A DNA stretch of 64,000 bases from Octopus vulgaris (lineage: Eukaryota), in the NCBI GenBank assembly GCA_951406725.2, contig OX597824.1, positions 61,132,001 to 61,196,000 on the forward strand. Direction: 5' to 3'. Under the pieces are notes generated by a model. It worked only from the letters and a program-made list of their open reading frames with translations. It searched no databases and was not told the DNA's origin. Made by a program: the position numbers and the translations under genes. Positions 26,178 to 40,078 of the stretch are shown here, piece by piece. Each line of letters begins with the position of its first letter. The first letter of the stretch is position 1.

Positions 26178-27575
26178 CTGAATTAAAAAAAAAACAAAAC
26201 AATAATAATAATAATAAACATAAAAAAATTAAATAGACCTTAATATCTAATGCATGGGCATAACAGTGGAAGCTAATGTGTCTACTTGGTCATTGTGCCT
26301 GATAAAGGTTACAGAAAACAATCACTGATACGTTTTTTGTCTTTAGTATAACAAATAGAAGTTCAAAGCTAATAGCAATCCCCTTAATCTGTAGAAGGTT
26401 TTTGACAAGACACCATGTGAATGAGAACCATACAAGCCATGTACAGCAATGTGAGTTAGCAATTATTGAGTTTGAAGGGAGACGCCCATCAGAGCTTGGT
26501 TCTCACTTGTAACTTGAGTTTGTTATAGTTCTCCAAGCTATAAACATAGGAGTTTAAGAAAAGCTGTTTATGTGAAACCCTGATTGACCTAGCTCTTATT
26601 GATGACTCTCAAACATTTTGAGAAGAACGGCAAATGTGGGAGCAGAGCTTAGAAGTGAGTTACCACAAAGTAAAACTGAGCTAAGACAAAAGTTTTAGTA
26701 AGCAGGAAAGAAGGAAACCTAAGAGAAAAATTCTTTCATGTCTTAGGAGGACCCCTAGTTTTAGTTGAAAGCTTCTGCTATTGTAATGACCTAATTAGCA
26801 ATGGAATAGGGTATTCTGAGAATATAGTAGTTAGAATATGAATAGAGTAGAGAAAGTTCACAGCTACTATTTCTGATGGAAACAAAGGAATCCTTTCTCT
26901 GAGTATAGGGCTGACTGTATGATGAATGGTTTTGTATGAAGTATGATGTTACATGGCTTTGAAATACTAGTGTTAAATGTGGAAGGTGTACATACACTAA
27001 AAAGAAATGAGGTGAGTATTCTCTGTTAGATGTATAATGCATGATGGAGCACAATCAAGCTGAGAAAAGGCTGGGTATAAAAATAGCAAAATTTCAAAAG
27101 ATGGAAGGGTGATTTGGCAGCAGCACAAGTGGACAAAGACAAGGGTAAGTGATGAGATAAGAACAGGTGGTGGGAGGCAATAGAGGTGGTCCAGAGAAGA
27201 GAGAATGATGGCTGGCAGTACAGCAGGGCAAAGGAGAGTAAGGAGATGGGAGCGGTAGGGCTATGAGTGATAAAGAGTTGGAAGAAAGGATGGGAATGAA
27301 CAATAAGCAAATGAAAAGTGGAGTTAGAGATGCAAAGTGAGTGAGTAGCAAGTGTAGGTTTGGCAGGGTACAAAATATTTCAGCCTCTAAACATTACCAT
27401 TGTGTCAGAGTATATTTTGTTCCGAGTGATTCTGCAGCACTTATCAATATGGATTTTTTTTGTCATTTTGGCAAATATAAATATGCATAGATGCATGTAA
27501 GTGTGTGTAAACCATGGGGGAAAAAAATAAAGAATATTTGCAGTAAATAAGGAAGAACAAGAATAAAATCCATAC

Positions 27576-27652
27576 CATTCTATCCAGAGATTCAATAGAC
27601 TGCCATATTTCACCAGCTGCCTCATCATTATAAATAAAATTAAAACGACGAC
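27576..27652 (-). CDS. MEMO1: MEMO1 exon 7: (G)RRFNFIYNDEAAGEIWQSIESLDRM
   Basis: Matches the MEMO1 RF.Y..D...GEI..SIE.LD pattern; cag/gtatgg; 77 nt. Confidence 0.96.
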
Positions 27653-28974
27653 CTGGAAAAAGAACAAATAAAGACACCATAAACCAAGGTATTTTCCCTT
27701 GTCAGCACATTGTTGTGTGGGATTGTGGGATTTAACTCGTATTTCAAAACCAGTGTCACTATTTTGCTTAATTATTGATACTGATGGCCAGCCCAGGTCA
27801 GCTATGATTAAGCAGACCGATCATCAAAAGACATTCCAAATATAACCATCGTCTCGTTTCATTAGAAAGCATATCTGGAATTACATTACTCAACAAGTCC
27901 TTATTTTAAGATAGGAGTGACAATGTAGAGGTTCAAGTTGTTATGGCTTGCAATCCTTAAACATTCTAAATGTCAGAATATTACAGTTATCTGACGTTGT
28001 TGAGTTTTAAATTTGACATGCTTGTGCACACAAGCACCGTTATTTCAATGTTTATTTTTCTTTGCTTGCATAGATCAAATGTAATTCACCAAAACAGATT
28101 TTCATTCACTAGAAGGCCTTCCTTTTACCTACACTAACCTGTTTCCAAACAAGATACTATTACCCATGGCCTGGTATGTTTTTATGGAAGACTGGAAATG
28201 AACACAGCTTGTACGACAGCGACACTTGTTTACAACTATCATGCTATATCAAGACAAAGGTACAAGCATAGATGTATACAGCATGCTTCTTTCAGCTTCC
28301 CTCTACCAAATTCACTTGTAAGGATTTGAATGGCTTCAGACTATAGCAAAATACTTGTCCAGTGTATGACGTAGTGAGTCCGAACCTAAAAATCATGTGG
28401 CTAGGAAAACCACTGTGCCTACACACATCCATACATATAAGTATGTGTGCATGTGTGTGTGTGTTGGCATACAAATGTAAATATTGGACACTTGAGCAAA
28501 ATGATGTTGACATTCCGTTTTAGTCTTTTGACTTGTCACTGAGCTTTCAAAAGCGTTTAGAATAAAAAAATTCCTTGCTAGAAAAATAGATAAGTGTTGG
28601 TGATAGGAAGAGCATCTGGTTTTAAAATCCCACTTCAAATAACTTCCCACCTAACCCATGCTAGCACAGAAAAATAGATGTTAAACAAACAAAATAATGA
28701 ATGATTCAATCATGTATCTTCCATCTCTACAAACACTGGCTGTTTATTGATGAAAGAAAATTAGTTTGTAGTGAGACAGATAGCCTAAATTGGGGTCAAA
28801 TCTTGGTTTTTGATTCCTGGAGCTGATAAAATACCAAAAATACCCATAAAGCATCCCACTCAACTACATCCATCCACCCACCCTCACTGATATACAAAAT
28901 AAAATTAAGTTTAGCAGAGAGAACCAACAGTAACAGACGAGACAGCATTAACAATGTAGTCAAAATAAACTTAC

Positions 28975-29117
28975 CCCAGTGACAAAAATCAGAAGATACC
29001 ACAAACAAATTTTCTGGGTTAGATAGATATTCCCCCAATAATTTCCCATAAACTTTTTCTTTATCTCCTTGTAATGAACCTACAAGAATTGGAACTATAG
29101 TAAACTGTCCTTTTTTA
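28975..29117 (-). CDS. MEMO1: MEMO1 exon 6: (S)[47 protein letters not shown]
   Basis: [13 protein letters not shown] signature; cag/gtaagt; 143 nt. Confidence 0.98.
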
Positions 29118-29750
29118 CTGAAAAGACAAAAAGACATGTAAACATGTATATTAGTTAAGGCCTTGGTTATTTATTACAAGAACAGAGAACATGTAAAGTG
29201 TGGCTTAATCAGTGACATTTATAGTAATGAGGAAGGGAGGATTACAACATTTTTGAAGAACATTTTATGTAAGGGGATGAGAACTTGGATGTCTGATGTT
29301 CAGAGCTGTTGGCAGTGTGGTCCAGTATGGGTGTCTGGCAGCTGATCATGTGTTGGGTTCAATTTGTGGAATGAACAGCATATTGTATCCTTGAGCAAAG
29401 TACTTCATCTTAATTTGCTCCAGTTTAACCCACTGAAAATGAGTGCCAGCCAAGTTCTGGTATAGCTCTTTCTCCCTCTAGTCGTTACATTCTGAATCTG
29501 GTTCTATCTGCCAGCAACTACACAGGCACCTACAAGAATTAGCAATAACATGATGCATATTACCAAGCCGCATTTGTATGTGGGTAATGGCTGGACTCTT
29601 TCTTAGGTAACAGCTACAATAAAGCTACAGTAAAAATATACCAAAACTAATAAGCACAGCCTATAACTAGGACAGAGCTGCATGGGACACTGTGCTACAA
29701 ACATATCCATTCCATGAAGTAAACAAAGGACATTGGAAATGATAATCTAT

Positions 29751-30150
29751 TCATCATTGTCATTTAAGGTCCACTTCCATGCTAGCATGGGTTGGACGAT
29801 TTGACTGAGGACTGGTGAATTAGATGGCTGCACCAGGCTCCAATGTGATCTGGCAGAGTTTCTACAGCTTGATGCCCTTCCTAATACCAACCACTCTGAG
29901 AGTGTAGTGGGTGCTTATACGTGCCACTGGCACGAGGGCCAGTCAGGCGGTCCTGGAAACGGCCATGCTCCAATGGTAACGACTTCACTTGAATGTTTTT
30001 TCACGTGTCAGTAGGGCAACGCTAGTAACGATCACACTCGAATGGTGCTTTTTACGTGCCACCAGCACGGAAGCCACTCAGCTGCTCTGGCAACGATCAT
30101 GCTTGGATGGTGCTCTTAGTGTTCCACTAGCATGGATGCCAGTCATCAAA
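29751..30150 (-). mobile_element. SINE-like repeat, family C, with an (ATG)n RTE-like tail
   Basis: catcat..tttaa..tcc..ttccatgctagcatgggttggac..gatgcccttcctaa; related copies at about 32306, 37615, 52150 and 63592. Confidence 0.65.
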
Positions 30151-30394
30151 TTTGATTTCGAATCTATTCTAAATATAAATTTATTTGCTAGGAAAAAAAG
30201 GATGAAGATAAAATAAAAACATTTGATATTTATCTTGAAATCATTCTCGATTTAGCAGGATAATGACGAAAACTATTCTACTTTGATTTTTCTGGCATTA
30301 AATTATTTAATTATCCTGATTGATATCATAAGAACTATAAACTTTTGAGAGAATATGGAAACATTTTTTTTTGGAAGTTGAAGCTTTATTTTAT

Positions 30395-30975
30395 TACTTG
30401 TGTCAGCCACTTAACGGTAGCCATGCTGGCGCACCACCTTAAAGGGTTTTAATCAAAGAAATTGACCCCAGGACTTATTTGTAAGCCTAGTACTTATTCT
30501 ATCAGTCACTTTTTGCCATACCACTACGTTATGGAGACAAACACACACCAGCACCGGTTGTCAAGCAATGGCGGTGGGGACATAGACACACACACACACA
30601 CACATATATGTATATATATGACGGTACATATATATGTATATATATGACGGTCTTCTTTCAGTTTGTTTACCAAATCCACTCACAAGGCTTTGGTTGGCCC
30701 CAAGGCTATAGTAGAAGACCCTTGTCCAAGGTGTTAGTGGGACTGAACCTGGAACCATGTGGTTGTGAAGCAAACTTCTTACTACACAGCTATGCCTGTG
30801 TTTATATACATACATCCACAAGCTTCTTTCAGTTTCTGCCTACCAAATCCACTCACAAGGCTTTGGTTGGCCCCAAGGCTATAGTAGAAGACACTTGTCC
30901 AAGGTGCCATGCAGTAGGACTGAACCTGGAACCATGTGGTTGGCAAGCAAGTTTCTTACCACACAGCCATGCCTG
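30395..30975 (-). mobile_element. Family B SINE with a tandemly duplicated head
   Basis: The head segment appears twice (about 30650-30797 and 30822-30975). Confidence 0.8.
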
Positions 30976-31240
30976 CAACTATACAAACTTTGAGAATGAA
31001 TTCCAAGAAAGAATTACTCCTTATTCTCTTAAAAGTTCATAAATGCTTATAACATCAAATGCACACGATTCTTGTTGGTGAGAAGTTTCTAAAATGGATA
31101 GAAAAATTCAAAGGATTACTTAGGTCCAATAGTAGAACATTTGCTATGTTTACAGGGGAAGTGGGTTCAAGTCTCATGAGCAGCCTTTGTCTTTCCCTAT
31201 TCAAAAGGGGTTTTTACCAACCCAATATTTACATGCTATT

Positions 31241-31655
31241 AAGGTGGCAAACTGGAAGAATCATTAGCATTTCATCTATCTTTACAATCTGAGTTTAAAT
31301 TCTGCCAAGGTTGACTTTGCCTTTCATACTTCTGGGGTTGACAAAACAAGTACCAGTTAAATTCTGGGGTTGATATAATCAACTTACCCCATTTCCTAAA
31401 GTTGTTGGCTTAGTACCAAAATTTGAGATCAATATTTTTATGTGCTATTATTTATAAGGCAGAATTGTTAGTATACCGAAAAAAATGTTAAACGGCATGT
31501 TGTTTTTACACTCTTGAGTTCAAATTCTGCCAAGGTTGACTTTGCTTGCCATTCTTTCAGGGTCAATGAAATAAGTACTGAGTACTAGAGTGAATGTAAC
31601 CAACTAGTCCCCTCTGCTAAAATTTCAGGCCTTGTACCTTTAGTAGAAAGGATTA
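31241..31655 (+). mobile_element. Two family A SINE copies
   Basis: B-box and core present twice. Confidence 0.7.
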
Positions 31656-32051
31656 TTTATAGCATCATAGATACTACAAGATCAATTTCAAAAACAAATT
31701 ACTCCACATTCTCTCAAAAGTTTATAAATTCTTACGAACACACACACACAAAAAAGTAGAAGAAATAAATTTCATAGACATGTGAACTTAATCTCAACCA
31801 TTTCTGCTTACATTTCTATCACTGTTTAACAAAGGTCAACTGCTGTACACCCTTTGGCCCACATATCATCAAAACACTATATTTGTACAAATAAAAGTTT
31901 AAGATGTGCAACAGAAAAATTTATCTAAGTATACTCATTCTTTGTTAACCCAAAATCATGGCTTTTGCAGCAAGTCTTACTCTGCTCATTACTTGAGCTA
32001 TATATAGTAAATAATTTACCTCCCCATTACTTTCACAATATATGTTAAATA

Positions 32052-32250
32052 TTCTTTTCTATTCTAGGCACAAGGTTCGAAATTTTTGGGGAGGGGGGGG
32101 GGCAGTTGATTAGATTGACCCCAGTATGCAACTGGTATTTAATTTATCGACCCTGAAAGGATGAAAGGCAAAGTCAACCTCGACTGAGTTTGAACTCAGA
32201 ATGTAAAGACAGATGAAATACTGTTAAGTATTTCGCCAGCTCGCTGCCTT
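32052..32250 (-). mobile_element. Family A SINE with a 17-bp degenerate TSD
   Basis: ACAATATATGTTAAATA (32035-32051) and ACTACATATGTTAAATA (32251-32267). Confidence 0.8.
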
Positions 32251-32559
32251 ACTACATATGTTAAATAGTAACATATCTATTACTTTAGCCATATATCTAT
32301 CTATCTCATCATCATTTATTGTCTGCTTTCCATGATGGCATGGATTAGACAGTTTGACTGGAACTGGTTCCAGTCTGATTTGGTATGGTTGCTACAACTG
32401 GATGTGTAATGGGTGTTTACTATATGCCACTGGCACAAGTGCTTTTGTGTGCAACCAGTATTGGCCACAACTATGAGTTCACTTGGCTTGATGAGTTTTC
32501 TCAAGTACAGCATATTACCAACGGTCTCGGTCACTTACCATCACCTCTGTGAGGTCTAA

Positions 32560-33170
32560 CTCTGTTGTACATGCATACTGGCATTGCACATCCAGCGAAG
32601 CATACCAGCTTCATTTCTTTCAAACCTATGCCTGCCCTTAGCAGTCACAGCCCATGTTTCACTGCAGAGTAGCATGGCTGTTTGTACACAGGCATTATAC
32701 TATCTGCCTTTCACTCCAAGGGAGAGGCCCTTAGTCACCAACAGAGGTAGTTCTCTGAACTTTACCCAGCCTATTCTTATTCTACTAGCTACTCTCAGAG
32801 CATCCACCTCCACTGGTGACTTGGTCACCTAGATAACGGAAGCTATCAACTGCTTCTAGGTATCGCCCCCTTGCATTTGATGGAGTCAATTTTCTGTACA
32901 TTTCTAGTATTTATTGTACCTTTGCACCTGCCACACACAGAGACTATTTTCTGTTAACCTTCCTGTGATATTGCTGCATCTCTTGTGTGTCCATAGCCTG
33001 CACTGGGTACATCTTAAGGAGTTTCTACCTATGCCTTTTCTACATATCAAGCAGGACCATTTTCTACCTGAAGGGATTTATAACTTGTCTTCTTTCGTAC
33101 TTACTAAGACTTCAGTTTTTTCTATGTTAACTCTAAGGCCCCTTTGATTCTAGGCCTTGCTTCCACACCT
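32560..33170 (-). mobile_element. RTE LINE fragment (same family as 58761-60280)
   Basis: Minus-strand motifs GVKGR.YNACVQTAMLLCSETWAV and FRYLGDQV. Confidence 0.75.
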
Positions 33171-33232
33171 GAAAATTTTTCTCTAGTTCTGATAGTGATT
33201 CAGCTATAAACTTTGATTTTTGGCTAACTTAC

Positions 33233-33344
33233 CTCTCCATTACTTTAGCTATATATGGTAAATGCATTTCTATACTATGTTCTTGTTCATCAGTCTCTCT
33301 TGACATTTGCTCTAAATGGCCTGTAGCCATGAGCTCTTTGTAAA
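33233..33344 (-). CDS. MEMO1: MEMO1 exon 5: (V)[36 protein letters not shown]
   Basis: [12 protein letters not shown] motif; cag/gtaagt; 112 nt. Confidence 0.98.
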
Positions 33345-34182
33345 CTGAAAAGCAAGGAATTGTATTAGCTAGATGTTAACAAAAAAGATCGCTTTTTAAT
33401 AAAATTCATATTTTCAAAAGCAGAATAGAAAGAAAGCTTCATATGAAATTCTTTATCCTTAACAATTTCAACAATAATAATAATTATTGGATGATAAATT
33501 CTGAATGAAGAACCAAGTATTTCTCATTAAAAAATAATTCTTAAAATATAACTGATAAAGACTTATTTAAAATGTTGATCAACAAATGTAGGAATCAAAA
33601 ATACAAGACAATCAATTCAGCACCTTGCAAAAATTTTCCCATTTCTTTAAGATAAACATTTAATCAAATTTACCATACAAGAAAATAATAATTCTACGTA
33701 AGAAAATATATTAAAGCTGAATAGAAATGCAGTTCACTTTGTAACCATTGTGTTCTATCTTATGGTATGCACATTGGGCAAGTATCTTCAGTCAACTAAA
33801 GCCTTGTAAATGGAATCTGTAGTTGGAAATTGTAAGGAAGCCTGTTTTGTGTGTGTGTGTGCATGCATGCATTTTGTGGGTATGTTTACATTCAGTAGCT
33901 TTGTATGAAACTGATTGAGAAAAGAAGAGATGTTAAATTGACTTTCTGTTAACAAATCATTCTGTAGCTCTATGCTTTTGAAGACAAGTGGAATATAACA
34001 ATCCCTAAATTGTAAAACAAGTTAAGGTTAATGACAAGAAATGTATGTGAATCGTAAAATAATGCCTTAATTAGCAAGTATTCACCTGACCCATGCTAGC
34101 ATGGTAAGATGGGTGTAAAACAAGTGAAAAAGCAAATGTTAAAAAGACAGTCTACCAACAGAATAATAGGGGGGTTAAATCC

Positions 34183-34711
34183 TTAACCCTTTTATTATCA
34201 TATTTCTGTTAAACTACACTGTCATTATTTTGATTTTGAAAATGATGAATTCAGTAAAATAATTTTGTCATTATTAGATTGGTTTTTAAAACTTAACCCT
34301 TTTGTTACCAACCCGGCTGAAACTGGCTCTGAGTACAAATGTCTTGTTTTCATAAGTTTCGAATTAAAATCTTCCACCAAACCTTAGTCACAATTTATGT
34401 TCCTAACACTAGCTGAATGATAAGTTATTTTACTAAATTCTTTGTTATAAAGTAATTGAAAGAAACACAGAGCATCTCAAAATAAACACAGTAACAAAAG
34501 GGTTAAATTAACTTGTAATTAAGATCACAAACCTTTTAGCATTCAGATTATCCCGTCAATGCAATGTTCATTCTTTCACATTATTCCCAAAGCTTCAAGA
34601 TTACATTGATGTGATTTAAAATTTTTAGAATAACATTGATCTGGCCAGTTTGACATAAAACAGGTGCAATATTTGGACTGGATATGGCCGGTTTAAATGC
34701 TAAAGGGTTAA
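34183..34711. mobile_element. Cluster of piggyBac-type MITEs; complete inner copy at 34297-34502
   Basis: TTAA|CCCTTTTGTTAC ... GTAACAAAAGGG|TTAA; further CCCTTT/AAAGGG|TTAA ends at 34187 and 34707. Confidence 0.75.
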
Positions 34712-35009
34712 AACAGGAATTTGTAACAGGAATAGGAACAGTCAAGGCAGTGGATTGGTATCAAGAGTCAAACCGAAAGGAGAGCAAGTATTGGCTTCAG
34801 AATCTGGACACCTTGTTTTGTCTTGTTCCTCCAGGTTTAATATACCTGAGAGACATTCTATGCCATCAAGTTGACTTATTTGTAGGTAACTACTATTTAT
34901 TGTACAATGGCAAATACCCATATAGATAGTTTATTACTTTCTCTGATATCAAATTAATTGGTATTTAATGAGAAAAAACAGTTTACAATGAAAAAGACAA
35001 AAAAAAAAA

Positions 35010-35345
35010 GCCATCAGAGGGGGTGATACCTACCTGCGCAAACACAAGGATAAAATAAAATTTAATAAATATATTATCAGACGATTTCAGATTTCAACAA
35101 AATGACCTCAAGAGTTATTTCCCCTGCTTATCGTTAATGCATAGGTAAACAAAAACATTTTGGATTCACCAGTCCAGCAGTTTTGAAGATACTCAAACCA
35201 AAATAATGAGTTCGAGCCACTCACCCAGTGAATATTTCTGCCAAATTTGGTGAAAATCCGTTCAGCCGTTTTACAGTAATTTTGCAAACACACAGACAGA
35301 GAAAGACGAGTAACTAAAATACCCTACTTTCACTTATGTGTGAAA
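35010..35345 (+). mobile_element. Probable non-autonomous Helitron-like repeat
   Basis: CCAAATTTGGTGAAAATCCGTTCAGCCGTTT followed by a CA/GACA tract, an arrangement typical of DINE/Lep1-like elements. Confidence 0.4.
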
Positions 35346-35417
35346 AAGACAGCCAAAAAGAAAAGTTAACTTTATATAAGAGGAAACCAAATCCAAAGTA
35401 ACAAAGTTAGAAATTAC

Positions 35418-35530
35418 CTTTACTGTCAATAGTGAGATCATAAAAAGGGGTCTGATACTTCTCCATTGATGACAGTGCACAACCATAAAGACGGACATGA
35501 TGAGCAGGACCTAGGATAAATATTCTTTTA
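35418..35530 (-). CDS. MEMO1: MEMO1 exon 4: (I)[37 protein letters not shown]
   Basis: RIFILGPxHH and TP.YDL.ID motifs; cag/gtaatt; 113 nt. Confidence 0.98.
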
Positions 35531-36364
35531 CTGAAACAGAAAGATAATATTTCGCTACAGTTTATAAAGGCAGGAAATCATTTTAGTCATTTAACAGTAC
35601 ACAAAAGTTGTTATATACACTTTTCCTTTATATCTTAATAGTCTATTATGAACACTCAGAAAGATTCGTTGCACTTCTGCAACCTGCTCAATTACACAAG
35701 AGTGCAACATAGCTTGACATTAAAGTCAATACTCTTAAGAAATCAATGAACAGTGAATCTAACAATTTTTCTGTTGTTTAGTGGTTGTGATCTAATTGAT
35801 TTTGTGATGGAATTGTTCCATTTTTAAAAGTCAGTCTCAGGTCCAATCTCTTAAATACAACTGTAACAGGTTTCTGAATAAAATATATTTTGCCAATATG
35901 AAAAAGATTGAAGTATCTAATTATATATTTCTTAATAATGATACATTATAGTGTATTTGGGATCATTAATGATCCCAAATAATTTAAGAAATTACAACTA
36001 ATGATAATACAAGACTAAAAGAATTGTCTGTTAAATCTATAATCCCACCAAGGAGTTGAGAGTGCAAGCAAGTCTGGAAGGCTAGAATTGCTTTATTGAA
36101 CCTAAAAAGATAAGTAAAGTGGACCATGGCAAGATTTGAACTTGAAACAAAGAGCCAGAACAGAATACTATGCAGTATTGATTATAGCAGTAAGACTTTA
36201 GGTAGAGGACAGATATACAAGAGTAACTGCAACAAAATATTGATAATCATTCATTAACAATGACAACCTGTTGTAAAAGAAATAATAATAATATTGAAAG
36301 TGGTGAGAGCAACACAATAGACAGGGAGAAACTACTGTTAAGAGATATATAAGCTGTTACTTAC

Positions 36365-36433
36365 ATTTTTTGAGGATCAATTTGTCGGTAGGCATGAGCT
36401 GCACATGCTCCACAGTAGATATAACCAGCATGG
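36365..36433 (-). CDS. MEMO1: MEMO1 exon 3: (P)[22 protein letters not shown]
   Basis: PHAGY.YCG motif; aag acceptor and gtaagt donor; 69 nt. Confidence 0.98.
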
Positions 36434-39400
36434 CTTAGGAATAAAAACAAAACAAATATTACTAATGTTAAATTAAAGCAATGAATTTATTTTATATATC
36501 AGGGTACAAATATAATATATAATTCAGTTCAGGTTTTCAGAAAAGCTTTAAATTTACGGGATTCATTGTGAAAAATAAAGTTGTATGTTGTTTAATATGT
36601 CTATATTTCAAATAACATTGTAACAAAATTTCTTCTTTTCTTTAGTCAGTTAAGTGTTATTTCCAATTTGTTTCTAATACTATTCTCTTCAAACTTTGCT
36701 TCTGTGACCTGGGCATCAATGTTTAGAAACTGATCCATTACAATTCAGACAGATTCAGCTCTGAGTTACTGAAGTAAAAATATTGTTATAGCAAATATTC
36801 AATACCACAGATTTGCTTGCCAATTACTTGACCTTAACCACTGGCTGACAATATGTGCATCTCTGACGATGAGCAGGAGTAGTGGTGGAGGGATTTTTCG
36901 GGGTTTGAATAAATGTAACAAAAGTAAAATTTGAGGGAGATATTAACTATTTTTCATACTTTCTAGTGGTAAGCAAATACTAATTAACAGTTGCTACCCA
37001 AAGACAAAAATCATGTTACAGAGTGTAATTCTCACTCAAATATATTGGACACTGGTAAAAGATGTAGCAAATTATTAACAATGGTAAATCAAATAAAGCA
37101 TCTCATACAGATTTTTCAAAAATGAAATTCTAGGTGTCATATTACTAAAGAACACTAGACTTTCATAAAATTAAAAATATTAAGCACAAAGTGAGTGTGG
37201 AAACTTTTTTGATCAAACACTAACCCTGTCCTCAACAGACAGAGTATGACATGCTTCATAACAACTTTATAATGGACTTTCAACATCTATAGGTCAGTAG
37301 TAGATGAAACCAACAGTCAGCATTCAGTCAAACCAAGAAAATACAGTAACCCCTTTGTTACCATATTTCTGTTGAAATATACAACTTTTATTTTAATTAA
37401 TTTGGAAAATAATGAAGAGTTTAGTAAAATCATTATATCATTATTAAGCTGGTGTATGGAACTTAAATTTGCATAACATTTTGATGGAAGGTTTAGATTG
37501 CTTTAAAACAGGAGGTTTGCATCATAAAACCAAGGGCAGTTGGAGTCAGTGAGGAATTCATAAAATTTTGGACATTTACTGCATAGTTTTAAGACTACAA
37601 TCCTTAATAAAACATCATCCTCATCATTTAACATCAATTTTCCATGCTTGCATGGGTTGGACAGTTTGACTGGGACCAGTAAGCTGAAGAGCTGTACCAG
37701 GCTCCAGTATTCTGTTTGGCTTGGTTTCTATGGCTGGATGCCCTTCCTAATGCCAATTACTTCACAGAGTGCACCAGGTGTTTCTTACATGTTACTAACA
37801 CAAATTTGTAAATCTCTAAGCATGAGATATATCATGGAAAGGACAATGCAAAAATATTTATCAATATCTAACTTAACCCCATCACCTGGTCTTAGTGTAC
37901 CCTTAGTTGAGCTTAATCTGTTACAAGTGTTTAGACCAGGTTTCTGGTTTGAGGATGACTAATCACCATTATTCTTACCAAGATTGTAGAGATATTTACT
38001 GATTTTAGAAGACAGACTGACCTCGAAAACTGAAGAAAGATTGTCGCAATAAATAACATTTATTCCAAATACTCTTTAAAAGCAACCAGACAACTATGAA
38101 TGGCAGATATTTCAGTCATACGGACTGCGTGGATTTTACTTAACAATTCTTATAGCAAAATCTAAATCACCAAATTTACAGGCCCACATTTCAATCTTTC
38201 AAGTGTTCAAGTATGGTTTAATCTTATGCCATCATTACCAACATTTTATTACCCATTTTTCTATGCTTGCATGGGTTAGATAAGACTTTGCTGTGGTAGA
38301 TTTTTCTATGCCCTGATGCTCCTCCTGTCACTAACTCTCATTTGCTTTGTAGTAAGACAACCTAGACATGATTTTCCAGAGAATTGCAAGCAAACGATAT
38401 AGCTTATATTATAAAAAGTGATTCTTTTTTTTTCAATCAATCAGTTTGTACATGTGAAGGGGGAATACTCACTCATTCACACACACTGGTGCAGGAATGG
38501 TTGCATGACTAAGAAATGTGCTTGCTTTCCAACCACATTGCTTCAGGTTCTGTTCCTTTGTGTGGCATCTTGGGTAAATGTTTTCTACCATAACTTCAGA
38601 TTGACCAAAAACCTTGTGAGCAGATTTAGTAGACAGAAAGTGGGAAAAGCCCATACAGATCATCCTATCCAACCATCCTTGATTCTTTTACCCTATTTTC
38701 TCTTTATCCACCTTGTATGTTGATGGTACCCCCTAACACCTTATCACCATCTTTCTTCCAGCTGGAGTAGTTATGTTATCACTACAGCAAGATACTAATT
38801 CTTATCATCCCTCTATCATGCATTAGCCTCTTAATACCTGGCACAAAACCACCTCTTCAATATTGCACCTCACTACTCAGTCAAAAGGTATTGTTTTGCA
38901 AGTTATTTAGTGACCTTACTAATGGTGATGCCATGCAAAAACAGCACCCAGTATACTGTGAAGTGGTTGGAGTCAGGAAAGGTACCTCGTTGTAAAAAGC
39001 ATGCCAAAGTAGACATTGCAGCTCAAAACAGTTCTCAGATCTTGTAAAACCATCCAACCCATGTCAGCATGGAAGATGGTCATTAAATCGTGATATATAG
39101 GTGTAGGCGTAGTGGTGTGGTTAAGAAGTTTGCTACTCAACTGCTTAGTTTTGGGTTTAGTCCCACTGTGTGGCACATCTTGAATCAACCAAAGCCTTGT
39201 GAATGGATTTTGGTAGATAGAAACAAGTTCATCATGTGTGTGTGTATGTGTGTAAATTTGTGTTTCCTTGTCTTAACATCACATGATAGTCATAAAACAA
39301 GCTTTACTATCAAAAGAATGTGGGAAAATATTATCTCGCCAGGAAACAGGTGAGGATTGGCAACAGGAAGGGCATCTGGCTACAGAAAATCTGCTCTAAT

Positions 39401-40078
39401 AAATTGCATGCAAGCATGACAAAATTATATATATTTCTGCTTATGCTAAGTGTGTTTGCTGGTTGTAAATAAAAGGCCTCGCAAGAATACAGTGTTTTTT
39501 GCTTGCAACCTGCCACAAAGCATATCTGGGCTTCTTGACATGTTGCATAATCTTTTAAAACAGAAAACACATTCAACTGGTGTCATTTATATCCACTTCT
39601 CTGCATATCCATCTTTAGGCTGTTTGATAGTCAACAAACTGGGAAATTATTACCTTGCTTAGAAGCAGGTAAGGTTTGTTATGTAGAGCACCCAATCATA
39701 GAGAACTGTGCTCCAGCTTACTCTCAGGTGCCTCATGCAAGGATGGAAAAGATGTTAAAATGTGTTTCTGTGTATATAGGTTAGGCCAATAGTTACAACT
39801 GAAGCCACCAGACTGTACCCAGATATTGCAATAGGTGGTCAGACTGTACACACCTTGTATATCTGTGTGCGTGTAGACACATAGAGATCAGGCTTCTTTT
39901 ATTTCCAGCCAACCAAATTTCACTTTCTATTTGGGCAGTTTCTTTACATTGACAAAAGCTTAAAAGTCTAAAATAACAGGAAAAAAAAATTCATTTAAAA
40001 TATTGAAAATGTAATCCAAAAAATGCTGAACTAGAATAATCACTACATTTGATAGTAAGGGTATGCTAATTAGCTAAT

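Noticed and set aside
30608-31042. ORFs such as 30608..31042, 46490..46783 and 51236..51655
   Set aside because: Chance translations of SINE copies.
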